Shown: positions 30,154 through 38,929 of the stretch, piece by piece
Position numbering within the stretch: the stretch's first letter is position 1
How the letters are laid out: each line of letters begins with the position of its first letter
Source: Candidatus Melainabacteria bacterium 17Bon1m
Lineage (GTDB): Bacteria; Cyanobacteriota; Vampirovibrionia; Obscuribacterales; Obscuribacteraceae
Direction of reading: 5' to 3'
NCBI GenBank assembly: GCA_032128875.1
Contig: JAVLKG010000008.1
Span: forward strand, 64,001 to 128,000
DNA length: 64,000 nt
Notes under the pieces: model-generated
Told to the model about the DNA's origin: nothing
The model's database searches: none
What the model saw: only the letters and a program-made list of their open reading frames with translations
Made by a program: the position numbers and the translations under genes

Positions 30154-30243
30154 GTCGGCCGTGGTTGAATCAGCATCAGGCGTTCAGTGACGGGGTTCAG
30201 TGACAGCGATAAGTGACGATGACTTTGTTGCATCGCCTTTTCG

Positions 30244-30939
30244 TCACGGCAGGGTCGCGAAAAACGTGCGGCGGAAAGCCGGGTTATGAAAAATCAGGTG
30301 AATGTAGCTGCCCCAGATCTTGCGGTCCGAAGTTACCAATCCATCAAGGTTTTCATCACCGGGCTTCCAGTCGACCTCAAGGTCGTCACTGACGCGAATT
30401 GCTTCGCCGTGCGGCTTTGGTTGCATGAAATCGCGCTTGCTGACAGCGTTCAGATGCAGATGTCGACCGGCGGCAAACGAAGCAGTCACCTCGCTATAAC
30501 CAGATCGAATCTCCAGACCTGATACTGTTTCGCCTTCGCACTTGCCGAGTTTGAGTTGGGCAGTCGTGCGCGACTGCATCATCGAAGGACCGAAGGTGGT
30601 TCGGATGGGAAGCAAACCGAATCCGGCAAGCTCTTTGTGCACACCTTGCTTAAGCAGCGGGTCGTAGAGCCTTTCTCCAAGCATCTGATAGCCCCCGCAG
30701 ATACCGATGACGGTACCTCCTTTGGACAGATGCTCGCGAATCAGCCTGTCGCCGCCGTTTTCGCGCAGGTAGACGAGGTCGGACATTGTCCTGCCGGAGC
30801 CGGGCAGAATGATGACGTCAGCATCACCGCTATAGTTCTGCGGTTTTACCCAGCGGACGTCGAGACTGGGGTCGCCGGCAAGCGGCAAGAACTCGTCCCT
30901 TCCATGGAATGGGAGTTCAAAGATAACAAGTTTTCGCAT
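30244..30939 (-). CDS. Stand-alone CobQ-type class I glutamine amidotransferase domain
   Basis: IILPGSG, GICGGYQMLG, GSYIH; no synthase/ATPase domain. Confidence 0.8.
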   Translation of the reverse strand: MRKLVIFELPFHGRDEFLPLAGDPSLDVRWVKPQNYSGDADVIILPGSGRTMSDLVYLRENGGDRLIREHLSKGGTVIGICGGYQMLGERLYDPLLKQGVHKELAGFGLLPIRTTFGPSMMQSRTTAQLKLGKCEGETVSGLEIRSGYSEVTASFAAGRHLHLNAVSKRDFMQPKPHGEAIRVSDDLEVDWKPGDENLDGLVTSDRKIWGSYIHLIFHNPAFRRTFFATLP

Positions 30940-31136
30940 AGCCCCTCTTTTTTAGGTCTGCTGCAAACGCAGACCACTTCTTGTTTTTGGTGGCAGATTG
31001 TTAACCTGCTACAGGGACTCGTAGATTATGAAAAAGAACTAAAGGACAGAGGCTCGACGTCGGATTAAGGCACTGCTTTCGCAATGCCTTGCACCGACGG
31101 TCGAGCATGTCACTTCAGCCCCGTCTCAGACCGATG

Positions 31137-33062
31137 TTAGGCGGTCTTGCGACGACGACGACGAGTCACGATCACGACGGTGTTGCCACCGGCGGAACCG
31201 CCACCGCTCGCCAGCTTGATGCCGTGAGCAGCGTGCGCGTCTTCGATCAGCTTGCGATTCACGCCCTTGTTCAGGTTCGTATCCGCGGTGATCATGCAGC
31301 GAAGCATGTCGCGGAACGTGACCTTGTGGGCGGGAACGAGGCTCAGAGCCATCATGTAGATGGCGAGGAAGCTGTTGATGGCGTCCTCTTCCTTGCCTTC
31401 GCCGGCTGCGACGCAGAGCGCCTCGAGCATGTCGGCGTGAGCGCCGCCCGAGATGAGCCCGTCATCGTGCACTTCACCGGTCTTGTCTCCCGGCGTCACC
31501 TTGTCGTTGCGCTGGATGCGGATGCCATCCGGCGGCAGAGCGTACTCGCCCACGACGCGGCGATCGGCCTTGATCTCCTTGAGCCCGAACTTCTCACCCA
31601 GTTCCTTGGAGAACCAGAGGCGGAAGAGGTAGCCCATGGCGATGGCCATCAGGTCACCGGACGACTCGTGCATCGCGCCACCCTCGGCACCAGGCAGGTC
31701 GTTGCCCGGCGTCTGGATGAACACGAAGTAGTGCCCGGCTTCGTGCCAGAACACCGACAGATCGAACGCGATCACGACGTTCAGACCACCGCGCTTCAGC
31801 CCCGAGCCGACGCCACCGCGAAGCTGCGGGTCGGACGGATCGAAGTACGCGTTGTCACGGACGCCGGGATCCTGCACGTAGACCGGGATGGGCGAAGACG
31901 GAGCCTTCAGACCCATCTTGATCAGGTGCCTGATCTGCAGGTTGAGCGTGAAGAACGCGACGACCGCAGGGAACTCGGGATCCTTCGCACCGTAGTTGAA
32001 GGTTCCGTCGGCCTTGGCCTTCACGGGCTTGCTCTTGTCGCCGCCGACGAACACCTGGTAGTACTCGTTCTTGAGCACCTTCGGGTCGGGCAGCGTGTCG
32101 ATCACACCGTCCTTGATGGCCTGGTCGATCACCTTGTTCGGGTCCGGAACCCGGTAAAGGGTCTTGACCTGAACGGCCTTGCCGGTACCGGCCGGCGCAG
32201 CGAAGTGCAGCAGGTTGCGGTTGTAGACAACCTCACCCGTCTTGGCGTGCACCAGGAAGCCCCAGAGCACACGCGGCTCGCCGACCGACAGCTTGACCTC
32301 GTAGACGGGGTCGAACGTGTCTTCGTGAGCCGAGAACACCAGATTGACCTCGTTGTTGCTGCGGTCGACAACCTTGCGGTTCTCGGCGATCAGCTGCGTG
32401 AGGCGGCCGGTGTTCAGCGCCGACAGGTCGATGTTGGCGATGGCCTGGTTGAGCTTGACGCCCGCCAGCTTCTCGCCCAGAGGCGACTGCTTCTGCGCTT
32501 CTTCCTTCGCCAGGTCAGCCTTGGCGAGGATTTCGGCGAGAGCCGTCTTGGCGTTCGCGATCGCCTGAGCGCGCGTGGTCAGCTTGCCGAGGGTGGACGG
32601 CTTGCTGCCATGGCGCAGGGTGTTCACGATCTGGTAGACCGTGCCATCCTTGCCCATGTGCACGTGCACATAACCGGCGCGAACCGGAACCGCAGTGCGA
32701 CGGCTCTTGACCGTGTGCACCTGGTTGAAAGCGACGCGATAGCCGAACGGGAACTCTTCCACCTTGGGGGCGGAGATTTCGCAGGTCGACAGCTCGAGCA
32801 GCTTGGCGATCTTGTTGTTGCGGATGGTGCGCAGCGCGTGACCCTTGGGGTCATTGGCGAAGCGCGAAGTCGACAGCCCCTTGGCGGAAGAGGTGCTGAT
32901 GATGCGGACGGAGCCCGTGTCGTGGAAGTCCACTTCGAGCGAAGCGTCGTTGGCCTTCAGCTGTTCGACGATGTTGACGAGAGCCTTCTTCGGTTCACGG
33001 GATTCCGTGACCTCGCTGGCGCCCGTCGGAGGTACGAGGTGATTGTGAATAATCATAGTCAT
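31137..33062 (-). CDS. Thermolysin/fungalysin-like (M4/M36) zinc metalloprotease with propeptide
   Basis: DNAYF, WHEAGH, GAMHESSGD, EVHDDG; PepSY-like LVHAKTGEVV; start ATG 33062 with AAGGAG. Confidence 0.85.
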   Translation of the reverse strand: MTMIIHNHLVPPTGASEVTESREPKKALVNIVEQLKANDASLEVDFHDTGSVRIISTSSAKGLSTSRFANDPKGHALRTIRNNKIAKLLELSTCEISAPKVEEFPFGYRVAFNQVHTVKSRRTAVPVRAGYVHVHMGKDGTVYQIVNTLRHGSKPSTLGKLTTRAQAIANAKTALAEILAKADLAKEEAQKQSPLGEKLAGVKLNQAIANIDLSALNTGRLTQLIAENRKVVDRSNNEVNLVFSAHEDTFDPVYEVKLSVGEPRVLWGFLVHAKTGEVVYNRNLLHFAAPAGTGKAVQVKTLYRVPDPNKVIDQAIKDGVIDTLPDPKVLKNEYYQVFVGGDKSKPVKAKADGTFNYGAKDPEFPAVVAFFTLNLQIRHLIKMGLKAPSSPIPVYVQDPGVRDNAYFDPSDPQLRGGVGSGLKRGGLNVVIAFDLSVFWHEAGHYFVFIQTPGNDLPGAEGGAMHESSGDLMAIAMGYLFRLWFSKELGEKFGLKEIKADRRVVGEYALPPDGIRIQRNDKVTPGDKTGEVHDDGLISGGAHADMLEALCVAAGEGKEEDAINSFLAIYMMALSLVPAHKVTFRDMLRCMITADTNLNKGVNRKLIEDAHAAHGIKLASGGGSAGGNTVVIVTRRRRRKTA

Positions 33063-34414
33063 GCTCCTTATGGCGGCATAGGTCGACCCCGGTCGACATC
33101 TGCACGCGCGTTGATGCACTCGTTCTTGCAAGGGAACGAGCGCGGGTTTTGCTGATGTCGACTGACAGGTACCTTCGTTGCCGGGGACAACGCAGGTAAG
33201 ACCTTAGGGGTCTGTTTAACAGCGTCTTGCAAACGCAGGTCTTTTCTTTCGAGCCGTTTTTGGAAAGCCGTCTCGAATCTTTCGACTCTGCAAAGTCGAA
33301 GTAACTACTGCTTCCGTCGGGTGGACGGGGTTTTTAGTTCAGTTAGTTGAAGACTCCATTTGCAGAAAAGAAAGTGAAAAGATGCCTTGAATTTAGTAAT
33401 CGGAGCGACTTAAAAGCAATGGCTTCGCTAAGGCCCTGAGCCATAGCCTAGAGCTATTAGAGCGACATTTCGGGCGCGCCCGTCATAAGACTTACGTTGA
33501 AAATCCGCCGCATATCGGGCGCGACAGCAAAGAGATATACATTACGCACCTCTGCCACCGCAGTTAGCGGGGGTGCAAGAGTCGAAACCGGTCGTTGGAA
33601 TTAACAAATCTAAGAGCTTGCTAATCTGGCGCGCGCTAGGGCAACCCTTACCGGATTCGGGAAAACCACAGAATGAAAAACCTAGCAGAGCCGCGCTGAT
33701 GATTGCAGGCACTAAAACGGCGCAAAATCCGTAAAGTAATGCAAAACGGGGGTTTTCGGTCAAAAAGCTAGCGGAAATTAGCGCTCGCTCATCTGCAATA
33801 AATGTAAGAGGCCTAGATAAGTGCGCGCGCGAACTCTCTTAGATCACCTGATCTCCGCTCATGAAATTCAAAAGCATTACTAGTTCACGTTTTGTACAAA
33901 AGGCTTGCTTGACAAGTATCGAATTTCTTAGTCTCAGATCACATTCACTTCTACTTCTTGCAAAAAACGGACAAGACAAGCCCTTAAATCAATCCAGGTC
34001 TCAGCTTCCAGCTAAAACATCCGGCACTCATGTGCTTGGGACAAAAACGAACCTGGTGTGGCGACGAATCCGTGTGAGCAAGAGAAAGTGGTGTTTCGAA
34101 GTATGACGCGTTCGCTGTTCTTCTCCGACTGTCTGTCCAGGTGGAGAACAACTTCGAATCGTCTAAACGCATGGACGTCTTAGCACAACTAATGAACGCG
34201 CGAGTGTTCATCAGTGGTGCGGACTAAAGTGCCCTTCTCAATTCCACAGCAACAACGAGTTGGACTGATGTCGCCTAGCAAACGACTGATGTTGCAGCTC
34301 TTTCTTGCTGAACGTGCGTTTGAGAGGACAGTCTCAAGCGCGGATGCATCGGTAGAACAATCTTGATTGTTCCGCATGACGGAGCTTGCTTCGCCAATGC
34401 GGGAAAGGAGACCT

Positions 34415-34894
34415 ATGTCGAAAGTTCCAGTAAACCTGCTTCCCGCCAGCGTGCAAACCCTGGTGGAACGCCTCACGGCCGCCGGTTTCACTGTCGTCAG
34501 CGCCACCACCGGCAACGGCCGGAGGAATCTTGGCGATGACAGTGAGCCCACCGCCGCCGAGCGCGCAGAAGCCACTCGTCGCGATGAGCTGATCGTCCTG
34601 CAGGACATGCCGCTCGACGTGCTCGACATCACGCATGTGAGGTTGACGCGTCGGCAGAGCTTCGAGACCTGCACGATCGAGTTCACCCCCTCGAGCCTGA
34701 AAGTGAGCGAGCAAGCCGATTCGACGCCCGTCGTCGTTTCGCTGCCCGCTCACTGGCCGGCTGCCTGTCGCGCAGGTGCCCAGGCGATTGCCGCCCTCGG
34801 GTACTCGCGACGCGGCGACTCGCTGACGTTCATCAAGGGAAATCGCACCACCGATGGGCCGGATGGCATCTCGGTGGGATTCAGCTGGTGCTAA
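34415..34894 (+). CDS. Hypothetical protein
   Basis: AAGGAG RBS before ATG 34415, codon bias. Confidence 0.7.
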   Translation: MSKVPVNLLPASVQTLVERLTAAGFTVVSATTGNGRRNLGDDSEPTAAERAEATRRDELIVLQDMPLDVLDITHVRLTRRQSFETCTIEFTPSSLKVSEQADSTPVVVSLPAHWPAACRAGAQAIAALGYSRRGDSLTFIKGNRTTDGPDGISVGFSWC

Positions 34895-35130
34895 ACCACC
34901 ATCTGGAGCGGTTTCTATCGGGGCGCTTAGAAGGGCACCCCAAACCCGACCAAGTGTGAGCCAACACTAAGACGGGTGCCCGTCTCGTGTTCAGACGTTC
35001 TGAACACGAGCGGGCGCTAGACCGTCTCGCATAGTTCGTGTAACGACGCTGCGAAACGGCTCCTTCCATCGAAAAGCTGCTTGCCATCTCAGGCGGCAGT
35101 TCTAAAGCTCAAAAATGAAGGAGCTCAAAA

Positions 35131-35898
35131 ATGAACGAATCTGTAGCCAAGCTGTTCGAAGGCTGGCGTCCCAAGGTCATCTTCTGGGATATGTGGATGA
35201 CCCTCGGGATGAGCCATTGCCGCGAACCAATCGGAGAAGCACAGGTGATCTTGTCACCTATGCAGCTGCCAATCGGTGCCAACCGGCACCCGATTCCGAC
35301 TGGTGACTTCCTTCGCTTCTGTTTGACGAACCCGACCGCTGACGAGACCCTCTTTGCAGAGGAAGCCTCGGCAACGTTCGGCTGGGATCTGGACACGCGT
35401 CGCCTCGATGCGTTCCGGACTCTCATCGGCAAAGAGAAAAACTGCATCGCCCTTTTCCCAGAAGTTCAGGAAGTCCTGGACTTCGTGCAGTCGCTGGGAT
35501 TCCGCCAGGGCATCATCAGTAACCTCTGGGCGTTCCCGTCCGGTCGTCTGTTTACCGACACTGTCCTCAGTCGGTACTTCACTCGGCAGGACATCATCTG
35601 TTCCTTCGAAGTTCGGCATCCGAAGCCGGACCGAGAAATCTTCGACGAAGCGTGCAGACGCTTCGGCGTTCGTCCCGATGAATGCCTGATGATTGGCGAC
35701 AATCTGACGGCAGACATCAAAGGCGCGCTGGCTTGCGGCATGAAGGCGGCGCTCATCGATCGGCAAATGAACGTGGATCCGGCCGAACTCGTCGCTCTTA
35801 GCGAAGACGGGTTCCCGCCGGTCCTGTACATGACCGACCTGAAAGCGCTCGAGAAGTATCTCGCCTTGTGCCCTGTCAGTGGCGGTTGGCGCGCATAG
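35131..35898 (+). CDS. HAD-like hydrolase (divergent motif I)
   Basis: IFWDMWMTL, GIISN, KPDREIF, MIGDNLTADIKGA. Confidence 0.85.
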   Translation: MNESVAKLFEGWRPKVIFWDMWMTLGMSHCREPIGEAQVILSPMQLPIGANRHPIPTGDFLRFCLTNPTADETLFAEEASATFGWDLDTRRLDAFRTLIGKEKNCIALFPEVQEVLDFVQSLGFRQGIISNLWAFPSGRLFTDTVLSRYFTRQDIICSFEVRHPKPDREIFDEACRRFGVRPDECLMIGDNLTADIKGALACGMKAALIDRQMNVDPAELVALSEDGFPPVLYMTDLKALEKYLALCPVSGGWRA

Positions 35899-36004
35899 CG
35901 CTCCGCATTCTGTAGGCATTAGCCACATCGTCCGTTCGGGGCGCGCGCACTGCTCAATCCGGGCAGCTGTGCGCGTCCCCACCTAACGAGAAGGATGGTA
36001 TACC

Positions 36005-37465
36005 ATGTCAACTCAGTTCTATTATCCGAGCGACGGAGAGTTTCTCCCTCCGGCTCTGCTCCGGTGGCTGGAAGAAGGGCGCCGTCCGCGTGCCCGACTG
36101 AAGGCCTCCCACGAAGACTTCGTGGTGGAGGAAGAGAGCCTCGATGGGATCCGCTTCACGGCTGACACCGTGAGCAATCTCTCCGCCGCGCAGATCGCGA
36201 ACGCCTCGACGCCGACGCGCTTCATCCAGATCAAAGTGGTGAAGCGTGGTCTGACGACGGGGCACACGGAGCACTTGCTCAGGTCCAAGCTCAGGGACCA
36301 GGGCTGCGAGGTGCGCATCACGTATGCCGGCAACAAGGACAGGACCGCGGAAACCGCTCAGGGCATGCGCATCGAGTTCAAGAGCTACCCGGAGGGTTCC
36401 GACCCGATGGAGCTCGTGAAGCGGCTGTGCAAGCCCCACAAGCTCAACGGACGTGACTGGTTCATCATGGACCCGCTCTACGTCCAGGGTCCTCTGAATC
36501 TGGGCGCCCTCAAGGGCAACCACTTCAAGATCCGCCTCATCGTTCCCGGCATGAACTCGCAGATGATCACGAGCTACCTCAGCGAGAAGGTCAGCAAGCT
36601 GGAGGCGCACAACTGGCGCTTTCCCAACGCCTACGGCAAACAGCGCCGCGGTCGTTGCCAGACCAATGACCTCCTCGGGTACGCCTTCCTGCAGCTGGGT
36701 CCTCTGGCTGCTTTCCGGATGTGCCTGACTCTCGGCGCCCCGGACGAGTCCGACTTCGCCAAGGAAGTGCGTGCCGCACTGGCGAAGTGCTGGGAAGAAT
36801 TCGAAGAGGCACGCAACCGTGGTGCACAACTCGGAGAGCAGTTCTCGCACTTCGAGGATATGCACCAGATCCTGATGTACGGGCCGAACCGTCAGCGTTG
36901 GGGTGAGGATCAGAAGGAGCCGGTTCACGTCCGCGTGAACATGCCCATCGAGTTCTCGCTCGTCACGCAGGCGGCGACGCATCGTTGCCTCGATGAGGTG
37001 GCCATGAAGCTGCCCCGCGAGTTCTCACTCTGGATCGGCGCCATCCAGGCGTACTGGTACAACCAGAGTCTCCTGAAGGTGCTCGAAGGGTCGCTTGTCC
37101 TGCCGGAAGGCGTGAACGAGATCCCGCTCATGGTCAACAAGCCACGGGCGGTCGAGTTCTACGGCAAGTACTTCCCCCAGGCACTGCCGGGCGACTACAA
37201 CCGGAAGAAGCAGCGCATCTTCCGGCTCTACAACCGCGTTGCCAGACGGTACTTCGAGCCGTTCAGCGCGGGTCCGGTGCGCTCGGTCTTCGCCCAAGTC
37301 AGTGACTTCGGGTTCAAGGCGGGGAACGAGGAAGTGCTCATCGAGAACATGCTCCCTTCGGGCTCGTTCGAGACGACCTTCCTGTCGATGTTCTTCGACC
37401 TGGATTCCGACTACAACGGCAAGGCCACGGCTGAAGGAGCGGTGTTCGCTCTGGAGGCCGAGTAG
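36005..37465 (+). CDS. truD: TruD-family pseudouridine synthase (divergent)
   Basis: EDFVVEE, YAGNKDRTAETAQ, LKGNHFKI, FPNAYGKQR, LPSGSF. Confidence 0.8.
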   Translation: MSTQFYYPSDGEFLPPALLRWLEEGRRPRARLKASHEDFVVEEESLDGIRFTADTVSNLSAAQIANASTPTRFIQIKVVKRGLTTGHTEHLLRSKLRDQGCEVRITYAGNKDRTAETAQGMRIEFKSYPEGSDPMELVKRLCKPHKLNGRDWFIMDPLYVQGPLNLGALKGNHFKIRLIVPGMNSQMITSYLSEKVSKLEAHNWRFPNAYGKQRRGRCQTNDLLGYAFLQLGPLAAFRMCLTLGAPDESDFAKEVRAALAKCWEEFEEARNRGAQLGEQFSHFEDMHQILMYGPNRQRWGEDQKEPVHVRVNMPIEFSLVTQAATHRCLDEVAMKLPREFSLWIGAIQAYWYNQSLLKVLEGSLVLPEGVNEIPLMVNKPRAVEFYGKYFPQALPGDYNRKKQRIFRLYNRVARRYFEPFSAGPVRSVFAQVSDFGFKAGNEEVLIENMLPSGSFETTFLSMFFDLDSDYNGKATAEGAVFALEAE

Positions 37466-37666
37466 TCCATCGAGTCAGTGCCGACGTCTGTGCCAGGGCG
37501 AAGCTCGAAGCGCAGACGAAGGCGTCGACTAGGTGAGGCTGTTGCAGCAGCTTGGGGGGTTAGCGGTGCGAACTGCGCCTCCCAGGCTGAAACAGCAGCG
37601 AAAACGGTGGTGGCACAGTGCCATCACCGGCGGTGTTCTCAACATCAACTGAAAGGGCACGACTTT

Positions 37667-38008
37667 ATGGTGTTCATCATTCTGACCGGTGGCAAGAGCA
37701 AGCGGCTCAAGGGCAAGCGCGGGGGCGACAAGTTCGACTCCAACGCTCGCGGCCGCGCCGAGGACAAGCGTTTCCACCGCGAGTGCAAGCTCGCCGCGGA
37801 GCGCAAGGCCTTCCGGCGCGAGGCGCGCATCCAGGACTCGGTGTTCGAGCCGGTCGCCTACGCGACCAGCTCGGCGTCGGGCATGGACAAGCCCAAGAGC
37901 CGGGACTCCTTCGTGACGGAGGACGGCGGCACGCGCGTGACCATCCGCTACAACGCGGACGGCATGGCGGTGTCGGCGTTCATCCGTCCGGTGGGGTCCC
38001 GCCGCTAG
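37667..38008 (+). CDS. Small Lys/Arg-rich hypothetical protein
   Basis: ATG 37667; very strong C/G third-position bias. Confidence 0.65.
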   Translation: MVFIILTGGKSKRLKGKRGGDKFDSNARGRAEDKRFHRECKLAAERKAFRREARIQDSVFEPVAYATSSASGMDKPKSRDSFVTEDGGTRVTIRYNADGMAVSAFIRPVGSRR

Positions 38009-38114
38009 CTCGAACTATCGGGCTGCATTCCGGCTCCCGGCGGCGCAAGCCGTCGGGGGCTGGTCGGCAGTGCAGGGTGATACTCATGATCGAATGTCCA
38101 TCTAGGAGAAAGCC

Positions 38115-38348
38115 ATGAACGATCAACGTGATCCTCGCCAGCGTCAGCTTGCGAACGGAACGTCATTCAAGGCTCGTCTGTGTCCGGGGTTATTCGCAGC
38201 CACGTCGCTCATCGAAGCGGCCAAAGGCATCAGCGACCACGGCAACAGCAGCGAGAGTGACGACATCGGCGGCGGCAACAACAACATGCCGGCAGCCTAT
38301 CCGACACGCCACGAATCGGTCAGCGTCTACGACCTGATGACGGCGTAA
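38115..38348 (+). CDS. Small hypothetical protein
   Basis: AGGAG RBS, 77 aa. Confidence 0.55.
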   Translation: MNDQRDPRQRQLANGTSFKARLCPGLFAATSLIEAAKGISDHGNSSESDDIGGGNNNMPAAYPTRHESVSVYDLMTA

Positions 38349-38444
38349 CAAGAAGGGGACGGGTCGCAGTTCCCTAACAAAGGGGCGGGCAGCGTTTAGC
38401 CAACTGAACAACAGTTGGTTGGCGCTGCCCGTCCTACAGCGGCC

Positions 38445-38520
38445 AGACTGGCGTCCGGAAGGGGTTTTCATTCGAGTCATCGAACGATTTCCTCCCCTTA
38501 CCGGCACGTCAGTCTTTTTT
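38445..38520 (+). terminator. Long hairpin with U tract ending the 34415-38348 gene block
   Basis: AGACTGGCGT-CCGG-AAGGGG ... CCCCTT-A-CCGG-C-ACGTCAGTCT-TTTTT. Confidence 0.55.
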
Positions 38521-38929
38521 GCGCGCTTCTACTATTTCACACAGTATACCATAGAACGACATAGCCATGCCGTTTTTCGAAGCATCATCAACTTTCTGCC
38601 GAAGGCAGTCTGCTGCCACCACGATGATTTTATTCTCCGCAGGCGGCAGAAGAACAATAGAACACCTGGCTACTCATCAGACTCTCAATCGTTTCCAGCA
38701 CCCACAGATCTATGCAGATTTCAGACTGTGTGCAATAGTAGTGATATCCGTGCACGGATTTCCAAGCTAAGAAGAAGCAGTCACATTCAAGTTTTCGCGC
38801 TAACACCGCTCTTTTGAGAGCGGTTGCCCGCCATTAGAGCTTTTCAGATTTTAGTTCGGCAAATCATGTGACCCCGCTTCAAAGTGGCTCGAAGAGCTGT
38901 TTCGAGCAGGTCTCACCAGGTATGTCATC

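Noticed and set aside
31089-33155. 688-aa + strand ORF
   Set aside because: Antisense shadow of the codon-biased metalloprotease gene; no motifs
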